A DNA stretch of 64,000 bases from Candidatus Falkowbacteria bacterium (GTDB lineage: Bacteria > Patescibacteriota > Patescibacteriia > Patescibacteriales > UBA12465). The translations under genes and the position numbers were made by a program. The DNA lies in contig JAPLVZ010000009.1 in assembly GCA_026396805.1 (NCBI GenBank), positions 4,058 through 68,057 on the forward strand, in the 5' to 3' direction. Of this stretch, positions 40,844-51,190 are shown in pieces. Position 1 is the first letter of the stretch, and each line of letters starts with the position of its first letter. The notes below the pieces were generated by a model, which ran no database searches, was not told the origin of the DNA, and was given only the letters and a program-made list of their open reading frames with translations.

Positions 40844-42088
40844 ATGAAATACGATCACTTAAAACAACAAGATCCGGCCGTTTGGGAAATAATTGAGAGA
40901 GAGGAAAAACGGCAGAATGAGGAATTGGAGCTTATTGCTTCGGAAAATTACGTTTCTCCGGCGGTTCTTGAAGCGATGGCCACGGTTTTGACCAATAAAT
41001 ACAGTGAAGGCTATGCCGGCCATCGTTATTACGGCGGCAACGCGGTTATTGACGAGATTGAACTCTTGGCGATTGAGCGGGCCAAAAAATTATTTGACGC
41101 CGAGCATGTTAACGTCCAGCCTCTGTCCGGGTCTCCGGCCAATGCCTCAGTTTATATGGCTTTTTTAAATCCTGGCGATAAGGTTTTGGGCCTAAAACTT
41201 GATCACGGCGGTCATTTATCGCACGGACATAAGGTTAATTTTTCCGGCCGCTTATATAATTTTGTCCAATATGGAGTTAATTTGGAAACCGGAATAATTG
41301 ATATGGACGAAGTCAGGGAAATCGCTCTGCGCGAGCGGCCGAAAATGATTGTCGCCGGTTTTAGCGCTTATTCCCGAGAAATTGACTGGCAGAAATTTAA
41401 GGATATCGCCGATGAGATTGGCGCGTATACGTTCGCGGATATCGCTCATATCGCGGGATTAATTGCCGCTAAGCAGATTAAGAATCCGGTGCCGATATTT
41501 GATGTCGTGTCCACGACGACGCATAAGACTTTACGCGGTCCGCGCGGAGCCATTATTATGTGCAAGGAAAAATACGCTAAGCAGATAAATAGCGCGGTTT
41601 TTCCGGGCATGCAGGGCGGTCCGCATGACCATATCACCGCGGCTAAAGCGGTGGCTTTCGGCGAAGCGCTGAAGCCGGAATTCATTGAGTATTCTAAACA
41701 GATTATAAAAAACGCTCAAGCCATGGCCCAAGAATTCATTAATCTCGGCTATCGGATAATTTCCGGGGGGACGGATAACCATTTGATGGTTCTGGACTTG
41801 ACCAGCAAGGGAACGGTCGGCAAGGAAGCGGAGAAAGCGTTAGAAAAGATAGGTATTTCCATTTCCCGCTCCACTATTCCGAATGATCCGAATCCGCCGA
41901 TGAATCCGAGCGGAATCAGGGTTGGCACGCCGGCGGTTACGACCCGAGGCATGAAAGAAGCGGAGATGAAATTAATTGTCGGCTATATCAATGAGGCCCT
42001 GGAAAATAAAACTGACGAAGGAAAGCTGGATAGCTTAAAAAAACAGGTTAAAGCTTTATGCAATAAATTTCCGATTCCGACAAAGTAA
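40844..42088 (+). CDS. glyA: Serine hydroxymethyltransferase
   Basis: LIASENY, NKYSEGY, GGHLSHG, TTTHKTLRGPRG. Confidence 0.99.
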   Translation: MKYDHLKQQDPAVWEIIEREEKRQNEELELIASENYVSPAVLEAMATVLTNKYSEGYAGHRYYGGNAVIDEIELLAIERAKKLFDAEHVNVQPLSGSPANASVYMAFLNPGDKVLGLKLDHGGHLSHGHKVNFSGRLYNFVQYGVNLETGIIDMDEVREIALRERPKMIVAGFSAYSREIDWQKFKDIADEIGAYTFADIAHIAGLIAAKQIKNPVPIFDVVSTTTHKTLRGPRGAIIMCKEKYAKQINSAVFPGMQGGPHDHITAAKAVAFGEALKPEFIEYSKQIIKNAQAMAQEFINLGYRIISGGTDNHLMVLDLTSKGTVGKEAEKALEKIGISISRSTIPNDPNPPMNPSGIRVGTPAVTTRGMKEAEMKLIVGYINEALENKTDEGKLDSLKKQVKALCNKFPIPTK

Positions 42089-42119
42089 GAGACGAAAGTT
42101 TTAAATAGTTAATAATTAA

Positions 42120-42926
42120 ATGGTAAAAAAAATTGACGGGACGGCGATTGCTGAAAAAGTAAAAGATGTCATCGCCCAAAATATATTCAAGCTTAAAGGA
42201 CCAAGGCCGAACTTGGCCATTGTTTTAGTGGGTGAACGCGCGGATTCCCAACTCTATGTGGCCCTAAAAGAAAGAGAGGGCAAAAAGGTCGGCGTGGAAA
42301 CGCATGTCTATAAATTGCCGGTTGATATTTCCGAAGAGGAATTATTTGATGTTATCGGTTTTTTAAATAAAGACGCTTCTATCGACGGCATTCTAGTTCA
42401 GTTACCTTTACCGGAAAAATTTAATACCGATAAAGTAATCGCCGCAATTGATCCGCTTAAAGATGTGGACGGTTTTCACCCACTCCATCCCGACTATATA
42501 ATTTCTCCGGTGTCGGCGGCTATTCTGGCTTGTCTGGAAGATATAAAATTCTCCGGCGCCGGTAAATCGGCTTGCGTCTTATATAACTCCGAAGTCTTTG
42601 GTCAGAGTATTAAAGATATTTTAGAGAAAAAAGGATTAAAAGTCAGCTTGAAAGATAATCCCGAGAAAGCGGATTTGTTAGTAACGGCTTTAGGTGAACC
42701 GCATAAGATAAAAAAAGAAATGATTAAAGACGGCGCGGTGATAATTGATATTGGGATTACCAAACAAGACGGTAAGGTTCTGGGCGATGTGGATTTTGAA
42801 GATATTAAAGATAAGGCGAGTTATATTACTCCGGTACCTGGCGGTATTGGACCGATGACTATCGCTTTTTTATTTAAGAATGTCTGGGAAATATTTCAAA
42901 GGCGGAAAAATGGTAATTTTAGCTAA
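42120..42926 (+). CDS. folD: Methylenetetrahydrofolate dehydrogenase/cyclohydrolase
   Basis: GILVQLPLP, KDVDGFHP, ITPVPGGIGPMT. Confidence 0.94.
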   Translation: MVKKIDGTAIAEKVKDVIAQNIFKLKGPRPNLAIVLVGERADSQLYVALKEREGKKVGVETHVYKLPVDISEEELFDVIGFLNKDASIDGILVQLPLPEKFNTDKVIAAIDPLKDVDGFHPLHPDYIISPVSAAILACLEDIKFSGAGKSACVLYNSEVFGQSIKDILEKKGLKVSLKDNPEKADLLVTALGEPHKIKKEMIKDGAVIIDIGITKQDGKVLGDVDFEDIKDKASYITPVPGGIGPMTIAFLFKNVWEIFQRRKNGNFS

Positions 42927-42935
42927 TATTAAAGG

Positions 42936-44717
42936 ATGATAAGTCAAAAAAAACAGCAATTAAGAGAGCTTTTAAAGATTCATTTCGGCTATGAATCTTT
43001 TTTGCCTGGGCAAGAAAAAGCCATTGATAACATTCTGGCCGGACAAGATACGCTTGTCGTTTTGCCGACCGGGGGCGGGAAATCCTTGATTTATCAGCTT
43101 CCCGCGTTAGTTTTAGAGGGGATAACTATCGTTATTTCGCCGCTCATCGCTTTAATGAAAGATCAAGTTGATTCTTTGGAACGCGTCGGCATTCCGGCCA
43201 CCTTTATTAATTCTTCTATTTCTCCGGAGGAAATGACCAAGCGTTTGGCGAAAATAAAAAGCGGCGCCTACAGAATAATTTATATCGCTCCGGAGCGTTT
43301 TTATAATCAAACTTTCTTAATGGAGCTCAAAAATATTAAAGTATCCTTATTTGCGATTGACGAGGCGCATTGTATCAGCCAATGGGGCCATGATTTTAGG
43401 CCGAGTTATTTGCGCCTTAAAGACGCGATTAAACTGGTCGGTTCGCCGACCGTGGTCGCGTTGACGGCGACGGCTACCCCGGAAGTGCGCGATGATATTA
43501 TCAAGCAGTTAGATATGTCCGATGTGGATATGGTTATTACGGGTTTTGCTCGTCCGAATTTACAGTTCGCGGTTGTACCGACGCCAAACGGGCAAAAAAT
43601 TGAAAATATTATTAATCTTTTTACGACCGGTTCGGACATGGGCAGCGGAATTATTTATGTCGGAACCAGATCAAAGGCCGATGAACTGGTTGAGGCGTTG
43701 ACGGATAATAATATCAAAGCCGTTGTTTATCATGCCGGCATGGATGCCAATAGCCGCGATTGGGTTCAGGAGCAATTTATGGAAGGAAAGGCCCAGGTCG
43801 TCGTGGCGACGAACGCTTTTGGTTTAGGAATAAACAAAAAAGATATCCGTTTCGTCATCCATCATGACTTACCGGGGACGATTGAAGCTTATTATCAGGA
43901 AGCGGGTCGCGCCGGACGCGACGGCATCCCCAGTTTCTGCTTATTATTCTATCATCAGCAAGATCGCTATCTGCGTGAGTTTTTTATCAAGGGCGATAAT
44001 CCCGATCCGGCCATAATTATCGAGGTTTATGATTTTCTTCTGCGCCGCGCCGGATTGGAAGTAGACGCGCAGGCGTCTATTCTGATTACTTACGCGGAAA
44101 TCGCCCAGAGCTTATCGGAATCGGTTCCGGAAATGGCCATCGGAACAGCTTTGAAGATTTTAGAGAAAGAAGGCTATCTGTCGCGGCCGAATGAAAAAAC
44201 TTCCAATTCCTTTTTGAAAACTAAAAAAGATTGGGTGGAGATTGTCGCTTCTTTAAGCAAGCGCGCCAAGAGCCAATTAGAAATCGTGAGTGATTTAGGC
44301 TTAAAATATCGGAATGAATTAATCGCGGGCTGGGAGTTCAATCCCGAAGAAGTGGCCGTAGTCTTAAAAATAAAAAAAGATTCGCTGCTTCGAGCCGTTA
44401 AGAAGCTGGCGGAGAAAGATCTGGTTGAATATAAACCGCCTTATCGGGGCACAGAAATAAAAATTTTAAAAGTAGTGGAACCGGCTGACCTGAATCTAGA
44501 TTTTAAAGCGTTAAAAGCCAAGGCGGGGCGCGCTTATGAAAAATTAAATGAGATGGAAAATTATGTTTATCATCTTGGTTGCCGCCAGTCCTATATCTTA
44601 AATTATTTTGGCGATTCGCGCTCCGCGCCTTGCGGCCAGTGTGATAGCTGTTTGAAATTAAAGAAGAATAAGGACCAAGGCAAGAGTGATTATCGTTATA
44701 AAGAATATTTAAATTAA
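42936..44717 (+). CDS. recQ: RecQ-family ATP-dependent DNA helicase
   Basis: PTGGGKS, DEAHCISQWGHDFRPSY, YYQEAGRAGRDG, Zn-binding CR...CGQCDSC. Confidence 0.95.
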   Translation: MISQKKQQLRELLKIHFGYESFLPGQEKAIDNILAGQDTLVVLPTGGGKSLIYQLPALVLEGITIVISPLIALMKDQVDSLERVGIPATFINSSISPEEMTKRLAKIKSGAYRIIYIAPERFYNQTFLMELKNIKVSLFAIDEAHCISQWGHDFRPSYLRLKDAIKLVGSPTVVALTATATPEVRDDIIKQLDMSDVDMVITGFARPNLQFAVVPTPNGQKIENIINLFTTGSDMGSGIIYVGTRSKADELVEALTDNNIKAVVYHAGMDANSRDWVQEQFMEGKAQVVVATNAFGLGINKKDIRFVIHHDLPGTIEAYYQEAGRAGRDGIPSFCLLFYHQQDRYLREFFIKGDNPDPAIIIEVYDFLLRRAGLEVDAQASILITYAEIAQSLSESVPEMAIGTALKILEKEGYLSRPNEKTSNSFLKTKKDWVEIVASLSKRAKSQLEIVSDLGLKYRNELIAGWEFNPEEVAVVLKIKKDSLLRAVKKLAEKDLVEYKPPYRGTEIKILKVVEPADLNLDFKALKAKAGRAYEKLNEMENYVYHLGCRQSYILNYFGDSRSAPCGQCDSCLKLKKNKDQGKSDYRYKEYLN

Positions 44718-44754
44718 TGCGATAGAGAATATTTAAGTTAACGCGCCAGTATTT

Positions 44755-45444
44755 ATGAAACCGGAACAAGCGGAAAAATTATTAAATTTAGTGAAGCGGA
44801 ATTACCAGGAGATTGCCGCTAGTTTTGACGCGACCAGAAAAAAGGAAATCTGGCCGAAAATAAGAGAACTGGCGGACGCGGTTCTTGACGGCGACTGCGT
44901 CCTTGATGCCGGTTGCGGTAACGGGCGATTACTAGAAGCTTTAAAAAATAAAAAAATAAAATACCTCGGCCTGGATAATAGCGCCGAGCTGATTAAGGCG
45001 GCCAGCAAGAATTATCCGCTCCATGAATTCAGGGAAGCGGACATTTTGGATTTAGCTAATGTGCCTGAAAAAGATTTTGATCATATTTTTTGTTTGGCGG
45101 TTTGGCAGCATATCCCCGGGGAAGAATTAAGAGTGAAATTTTTAAAGAACCTGGCCGCCAAAATAAAACCTTCCGGCCGGATTATTATCAGCGTTTGGAA
45201 TCTTGGGCGCCTGCCAAAATACCGGAAAATGATTTTGAAAAATTATTGGCGGAAATTTATCGGTCGGTATGAGCTTGAAGTCCGCGACCTTATTTTTTCT
45301 TGGAAGAATTCTTCGGGTCAGTCTGTCAGCGAGCGTTATTACCACGTATTTACGCTAAGGGAAATAAAGCGCTTAAGCGCGATTGCCGGCTTGAAAATAA
45401 TTGAAATAAATCGGGATAGGCATAATATTTGGGTGCGTTATTGA
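44755..45444 (+). CDS. Class I SAM methyltransferase, Trm9/ALKBH8-like
   Basis: YQEIAASFDATR..IWP, LDAGCGNG, RYYHVF. Confidence 0.8.
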   Translation: MKPEQAEKLLNLVKRNYQEIAASFDATRKKEIWPKIRELADAVLDGDCVLDAGCGNGRLLEALKNKKIKYLGLDNSAELIKAASKNYPLHEFREADILDLANVPEKDFDHIFCLAVWQHIPGEELRVKFLKNLAAKIKPSGRIIISVWNLGRLPKYRKMILKNYWRKFIGRYELEVRDLIFSWKNSSGQSVSERYYHVFTLREIKRLSAIAGLKIIEINRDRHNIWVRY

Positions 45445-45517
45445 CGCTTTTAAATGGTGCGATATAATGAGATTACTAAATGATTAAATTAGATTGCTAA
45501 ATAACTAAAAAGTAATT

Positions 45518-45847
45518 ATGTCTAACGCCAGCGAGTTAACAAAGAGTAACTTTACCGCCGAGGTTTTAAGCAGCCCGATACCGGTTTTAGTCGATTTTTG
45601 GGCGCCCTGGTGCATGCCCTGTAAAATGATGGCTCCGATTCTTGATGAATTGGCCGCGGAAATGGAGGGCAAATTGAAAATTGCCAAGGTTAATACGGAA
45701 GACGAGGCTAATCAGTCTTTGGCCATGGAATATCAGATTCAAAGTATTCCGAATATGAAATTATTTAAGGGCGGCCAGGTGGTTGGAGAATTTATCGGCC
45801 TAAGAAATAAAGAATCTTTGAAGAAAGAGATTAAAAATTTATTATAA
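45518..45847 (+). CDS. trxA: Thioredoxin
   Basis: VDFWAPWCMPCK, SIP. Confidence 0.95.
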   Translation: MSNASELTKSNFTAEVLSSPIPVLVDFWAPWCMPCKMMAPILDELAAEMEGKLKIAKVNTEDEANQSLAMEYQIQSIPNMKLFKGGQVVGEFIGLRNKESLKKEIKNLL

Positions 45848-45886
45848 ATAAAGCCGGCGTCCGCTTAGGACGCGGTTCTTAATAAT

Positions 45887-47113
45887 ATGAGTATTTTCGA
45901 AGATAATAATCGGCGTTTAGCCGATATCAGAGAACTGGAAGGAATAAGTGAAGCGGAGATGTCCGTTTTAGATAATCCGGTCCAGACTAAATACGCCGAA
46001 TTGGAAGTTAACGGTCGGAAATATCCGGCTTGGCGCATTGTTTATAACCGCGCGCTCGGTCCGGGCAAGGGCGGCATCAGATTCCATCCCGACGTCAGCG
46101 AAGATGAAGTTAAATCTTTGTCTTTTTGGATGGCCCTGAAAAACTCATTGGCCGATATTCCTTACGGCGGCGCCAAAGGCGGAGTAAAATTCAATCCGAA
46201 AGATTCTAATCAAGAAGAACTGGAAGCAATCAGCCGCGCTTATATTCGCGCTTTCCATGAATATTTGGGCGAGAACAAAGACGTGCCGGCGCCGGATGTT
46301 TATACGAACGCGCAGATAATGGCCTGGATGCTGGACGAGTTTGAAAAAATAAATGGCCGCCATGAACCGGGTATGATTACCGGGAAGCCTTTAGAAATCG
46401 GCGGTTTGGCCTTAAGAGGCGATGCGACAGCTCGAGGCGGGTATTTAATTATCAAAGAAATGGCCGCGGAGTTCCTCCGAGGACGCCGGAATAAGAAAAT
46501 TAAGATTGCTATCCAAGGCTTTGGCAACGCCGGTTTATTCATGACGGAAAAATTATTTAATGACGGCTATAAGATTATCGCCGTTTCCGATAGCCAAGGC
46601 GCTGTCTATAATGAAGACGGCTTAAATATTCCTGAAATCATCAAGCTGAAAAACAGCGGCCAGTCGGTCGGCGTATATAGCGGCGGAAGAAAGATAAGCA
46701 ACGCGGAACTCTTGGAATTACCGGTCGATATCTTAGTCTTGGCGGCTTTGGAAAATCAGATTATAAAAGAGAACGCGCCGCGCGTCAGAGCGGATTATTT
46801 GGTGGAACTCGCAAACGGGCCGATAAGTTATGAAGCGGATTTGATACTGGAGAAAAATAAAAAGATAATCGTGCCGGACATCCTGGCTAATTCCGGCGGC
46901 GTCATCGTCAGTTATTTCGAATGGGCGCAGAATAAGACGGGGCAGATCCTGGACGAAGAATACCTGCGCGGATTATTGGGAAAAAAGATGAAGCTGAATT
47001 GGCGGCGAGTTTATGAAAAATATTCAGAAAAAAACGGAGCGATAACTTTGCGTCAAGCGGCCTATATCTTAGCCATCCGAAAAATATTAACGGCGGAAAA
47101 ATGGCGCGGCTAA
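45887..47113 (+). CDS. gdhA: Glu/Leu/Phe/Val dehydrogenase, probably glutamate dehydrogenase
   Basis: GPGKGGIRFHP, GGAKGG, DVPAPD, QGFGNAG, ANSGGVIVSYFEW. Confidence 0.9.
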   Translation: MSIFEDNNRRLADIRELEGISEAEMSVLDNPVQTKYAELEVNGRKYPAWRIVYNRALGPGKGGIRFHPDVSEDEVKSLSFWMALKNSLADIPYGGAKGGVKFNPKDSNQEELEAISRAYIRAFHEYLGENKDVPAPDVYTNAQIMAWMLDEFEKINGRHEPGMITGKPLEIGGLALRGDATARGGYLIIKEMAAEFLRGRRNKKIKIAIQGFGNAGLFMTEKLFNDGYKIIAVSDSQGAVYNEDGLNIPEIIKLKNSGQSVGVYSGGRKISNAELLELPVDILVLAALENQIIKENAPRVRADYLVELANGPISYEADLILEKNKKIIVPDILANSGGVIVSYFEWAQNKTGQILDEEYLRGLLGKKMKLNWRRVYEKYSEKNGAITLRQAAYILAIRKILTAEKWRG

Positions 47114-47217
47114 GGAAGCCCTCAAAGGATGACGCCTCAATGAGAAAAAATGGAAATAAAAAAGACGGGAATTAGATCCCGTCTTTTATTTTAAACCCGG
47201 AGCTTATTTTAAGACTT

Positions 47218-48237
47218 TTACTCGCAACCGGCGGCGGCGGTTCCGGCAGTCGCCGTTCCGGAACCGAATCCGGCGGCGGGAGCGGCGCTGGAGAGCGTAG
47301 CTTCGCATTCTTTCGGTTGAGTATTAAAAGCGCTGCAAATAGTCGCCAGTAGAGAAGCGGAATCGCGGGCACCGGCGATTTCCTGGCCGTTGATGACTAA
47401 AGTTGGAGAGCCGCCAACTTTATATTTATCGTTAGCTGCTTTATCAACCTCGAAACCGGGGTATTTGCCTTGATAGCCAATATTATCAGTGAAATTGCTG
47501 GTTACTTTAAAACTGCTATCGGTTTTGGAAACGCAAGCGGCCAGTTTAGTCTTGTCAACCTTGGCGGAGTCAAGACAGGCGGTCGATTCGCTGGATTCCA
47601 AGAAACATTTTAAGTAAGGGCTAAGCTTGCCGTTCTGTTCTTTCTGGATACAATATTGGGTCAGGTTTTCGTTTAATTCTTTTTGGCCATGCATGGCGTA
47701 GCTGCAGAACTTTAGTTGGAAATTAATCTTATTACCTAGAGCCGCTAAAACGGGCAGGATGCCTTTTTCAATCTGGGTGCCGTAGGGGCAATAGCTCATG
47801 ACGAATAACTCCACGGTCGGTTTAGCGCTTTTAACGGAAACAGTCGCGGCCGGGGCGGGTTTCCCGGCGGCGCCGTTAGCGCCGGTCGCGTCGGCCGCCG
47901 TCTTGACGGTCTCATCAATATTTAAAGCTTGAGGGAAGAATAATTTTCCGTCTTTAGATAAGTATGATTCGACGACATCGCTGACGACATCTATTTTAAA
48001 CTTATAAAGTCCGTACTCGGTCGTTGTTTCTTTAATGGTCGCCTTGCTGCCGCTTTGCATTAAATTATCATTGATAAAATTTTCGGCCCTGGTTTTAGCT
48101 TCGTCCGGATTTAAATTCTTCACCGGCCGATGGAAAGAGAACAGGCCGATTATAACTAGCGCGATTACGAGAATAATCGGCAGGACTATCCTCATGAAAA
48201 CTTCTTTAGAAAAGAGCCTTTTTATAGCGTTTTTCAT
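47218..48237 (-). CDS. Membrane-anchored thioredoxin/DsbA-fold protein
   Basis: N-terminal TM; FVMSYCPYG; GSPTLVING. Confidence 0.75.
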   Translation of the reverse strand: MKNAIKRLFSKEVFMRIVLPIILVIALVIIGLFSFHRPVKNLNPDEAKTRAENFINDNLMQSGSKATIKETTTEYGLYKFKIDVVSDVVESYLSKDGKLFFPQALNIDETVKTAADATGANGAAGKPAPAATVSVKSAKPTVELFVMSYCPYGTQIEKGILPVLAALGNKINFQLKFCSYAMHGQKELNENLTQYCIQKEQNGKLSPYLKCFLESSESTACLDSAKVDKTKLAACVSKTDSSFKVTSNFTDNIGYQGKYPGFEVDKAANDKYKVGGSPTLVINGQEIAGARDSASLLATICSAFNTQPKECEATLSSAAPAAGFGSGTATAGTAAAGCE

Positions 48238-48331
48238 AATGTTTTATGATTATTATTTATTATTATTCCTCTATTATAGTAAAAATAAGAAGAGTCGTCA
48301 AAGAGTCGTCAAGGCCGGGCCAAAACACTCG

Positions 48332-49114
48332 TTAATTACGCGGTAGAGCCGCTTGCAGTTCTTTAGGCAGGCCAATCCGGAAATCTTGGGTCACGCCTTT
48401 TAGATCACGGAAACTTAAATGATCGGCTACCAAAAAGACTCGGCCGAGATTAAGTTTTTTATTTTTTAGTTCGGTTTTCTTGGTGCAGTATAAATTGTCG
48501 CCGACGAGCGGATAGCCATACGCAAAAAAATGGACGCGGATCTGGTGAGTTCGGCCGGTCTTAAGGCTGATTTTCAATAAGGTGTAATTAACGAATCTTT
48601 TCAAAACTTCGAATTCAGTCAAAGCGGCGCGCGATTTCAACCAACTGGTAATATTTCCTTGATCGCGGCCTTTCGGATGACGCCGACTTAACAGATCCTC
48701 GGAACCGGACGGCAGAGCCGCCATCTTATAGCCTTCTTGCGAGCGGGTGATCGGAAAATTTATCGCGCCGAAATCTTTGGTAACCCGGCCGTGAACCAGG
48801 GCGACGTATTCTTTATTGATTTCGCGTTCCTTGAATTGATTTTTAAGATTATCAAAACTGGCTTGAGTTTTGGCGATAACCATCAGTCCGCTGACCTCTT
48901 TATCCAGGCGATGAACAAGACCGGGACGGATAGGGTCGTCGCCGACATCTTTTATTTTTTTATAATTGGCAATCAGCCAATCGGCCAACGTCGGCTCGGT
49001 TAAATTTCCTCCGGCATGCGCGGCTAATCCGGCCGGTTTGTTGATAACCAGATATTCGGGGGTGGCCGCGATTATTTCCGGAACCAATTCTGGCGCCAAA
49101 ACAGTTTTAGCCAT
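48332..49114 (-). CDS. RluA/RluD-family pseudouridine synthase
   Basis: INKPAGL, VHRLDKEVSG, TGRTHQIRVH. Confidence 0.95.
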   Translation of the reverse strand: MAKTVLAPELVPEIIAATPEYLVINKPAGLAAHAGGNLTEPTLADWLIANYKKIKDVGDDPIRPGLVHRLDKEVSGLMVIAKTQASFDNLKNQFKEREINKEYVALVHGRVTKDFGAINFPITRSQEGYKMAALPSGSEDLLSRRHPKGRDQGNITSWLKSRAALTEFEVLKRFVNYTLLKISLKTGRTHQIRVHFFAYGYPLVGDNLYCTKKTELKNKKLNLGRVFLVADHLSFRDLKGVTQDFRIGLPKELQAALPRN

Positions 49115-49117
49115 AAT

Positions 49118-50593
49118 TTAAAAGTTAGTATTATTATAAGTCGGGCCGCCGCTCTTTTTTTGGCGGCTGAAGATAATCTCCAGGTCGGAACGTTTTACGC
49201 CGCCCAGCAGGCAGAGAACAATAAAATAAATGGCGCCGGCGGCTATTATGACAATAATCAGGCCGCTCAAGCCGGTCCGACTGAAAGGCGCCAGCCAATA
49301 AAGACCCAGCCCCATGATAGCCGCGCTGGCCAAAGATTTTAAGCTTAAGACTAAATTCGGCCGGAAGCGGCTGTATTTAAATACGCAAATGGCGGAAAAA
49401 ATTGCAATCAGGACTTCACTGTATATGGTAACGGCCGCCGCGCCGAAATATGAATATTTGGGAATAAGGAAAAGATAGGCGGCCACGGCGGTCAAGCTGG
49501 TAAAAATATAATAGCCGATCATTTTTTTCTGACGGTCTAAAGCAATGACGGCGTGGGAAAACATTGTGCCCAAAAAGACGGCCGCTACCCCGAAAATAAG
49601 GATTTGCAAGATCAAACCGGAGGCGGCGAAGTCTTTGCCGGCAATCGCCGTCATTATCGGTCGGCCGAGAAATTGTGCGCCGACGATAAGAGGAATAGTG
49701 ATGAACGCCATAAAATCAAAAGATTTTTGGAGCACGCGTTTAAAGTAGTCAGAGGCTTTGTCCGACCAGGCGGTCGTCAGAATCGGCAAAATTAGACCGG
49801 CGAACATAAAAGGAACAGTCGTTAAGACATCAATTACCTTATAAGTAGCGCCGTATAAGCCGACTTCATCAACGCCTCTGAATAATGAAAGAAATAAAAT
49901 ATCGGCGCGCAGATAGATCAGATTAAGGACTATCGTAATCGCCAACGGCCAGGATTTGAACCAGATCTGTTTCCAAATCGCCCAATCAAATTCCAGTTTG
50001 ATAAAGGCAAATTTTGCGGCCAGCAGGTAATGGCCGGCAAAACTGGCGGCGGCCGAAGCGACGCTGGCCCATAAGATTCCGTTTAAGCCGGCATCAAGCT
50101 TTTTGGTCAGGATAATCCCGATAAGAAGCACGAGACGGCTGATAACTTCAGCGACCGCGTCACGACCCATGCTTAATTTTTTTTGGAAGAGACCGATGAT
50201 AACTTGATTGAGCGCCGGGAAGATAAAAGAGGCGAGAGCGACCAAGACCCCGATTTTTATCGCCTGGCTATAAGGAAAAAAAATCACGATGAGAGGCGCC
50301 AGCCCGAGGACGGCGATAATAGAAATAAGGCGCAGGCTGAAAATATTATTCAAGATTTTATTTTCTTCGTTGCCCCGGGCGCTGATCATCTGGACAGTGA
50401 CGAGAGTCAGGCCGAAATCAGCGATGACCGCGAAGAAAGTCAGGAAGGTTAAAACAGTCGTATATTCGCCGAAACCGGTCCGACCCAGATAGCGCGTGAT
50501 AAAAGCTAAAGCTAAAAGGCCTAAAACCGTGGAGATAATTTTACCGGCGATTTGGATTATTGTATTATGAGCCACCCTTTTCGCTAAACTCAT
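49118..50593 (-). CDS. Wzx-type polysaccharide flippase (MOP superfamily)
   Basis: About 12-14 TMs; RYLG..GFG.Y, D...LS......VGLY. Confidence 0.88.
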   Translation of the reverse strand: MSLAKRVAHNTIIQIAGKIISTVLGLLALAFITRYLGRTGFGEYTTVLTFLTFFAVIADFGLTLVTVQMISARGNEENKILNNIFSLRLISIIAVLGLAPLIVIFFPYSQAIKIGVLVALASFIFPALNQVIIGLFQKKLSMGRDAVAEVISRLVLLIGIILTKKLDAGLNGILWASVASAAASFAGHYLLAAKFAFIKLEFDWAIWKQIWFKSWPLAITIVLNLIYLRADILFLSLFRGVDEVGLYGATYKVIDVLTTVPFMFAGLILPILTTAWSDKASDYFKRVLQKSFDFMAFITIPLIVGAQFLGRPIMTAIAGKDFAASGLILQILIFGVAAVFLGTMFSHAVIALDRQKKMIGYYIFTSLTAVAAYLFLIPKYSYFGAAAVTIYSEVLIAIFSAICVFKYSRFRPNLVLSLKSLASAAIMGLGLYWLAPFSRTGLSGLIIVIIAAGAIYFIVLCLLGGVKRSDLEIIFSRQKKSGGPTYNNTNF

Positions 50594-50667
50594 TTTCTTG
50601 TCTTTTAAGCGTTATTTTTATATAATATTAAAGTCTGGATTAATTATATCATATTTACAATACCTTT

Positions 50668-51105
50668 ATGAAAATCGCCAAAAAACAGGTTTTATCTCTT
50701 ATTTTTCTAGTCGTTTTCGGCCTTATCGCTCTTAGCGCCGCTTGGCCGGCTCAAGCCGATCAAAGTTTACTGGATAGCCAGATCGGCCTGAACAATGCCG
50801 GACAAGTCTATGGAAATACCACAGCGCCGGATATCCGTTATACCATCGCTAAGATAATTAATATTGTTTTAGGCTTTTTGGGAATAATTTTTATCGGTTT
50901 GACTATTTTTGCCGGTTTCCAATATATGACGGCCGGCGGCAATGAGGAAAAAAACAAGAAGGCGGTCGGGTTGCTCACGAACGCCGTTATCGGCGTGCTG
51001 ATTATTTTAATGGCCTGGGGTATCACCAGATTCACTATCAGGCAATTGGGCCGAGCGGCCAATAACGCGGTTGATTATCAAACTTATAGTCCGTATATGC
51101 CATAA
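50668..51105 (+). CDS. TrbC/VirB2-like pilin
   Basis: Signal peptide, then IINIVLGFLG...AGFQYMTAGGNEE..KKA...NAVIG. Confidence 0.8.
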   Translation: MKIAKKQVLSLIFLVVFGLIALSAAWPAQADQSLLDSQIGLNNAGQVYGNTTAPDIRYTIAKIINIVLGFLGIIFIGLTIFAGFQYMTAGGNEEKNKKAVGLLTNAVIGVLIILMAWGITRFTIRQLGRAANNAVDYQTYSPYMP

Positions 51106-51120
51106 TCGATCCGTCTTGGG

Positions 51121-51190
51121 TTGACAATAGTTTAATTTGTGGTATTATTGTCATTAGAAAGCTAGTTGTTCATCACAATTAGCTTTTTCT
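51121..51190 (+). promoter_or_regulatory. nusA promoter and leader terminator/attenuator
   Basis: TTGACA at 51121, TG-n-TATTAT at 51140-51148, hairpin AAAGCTAGTTGT/ACAATTAGCTTT. Confidence 0.6.
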
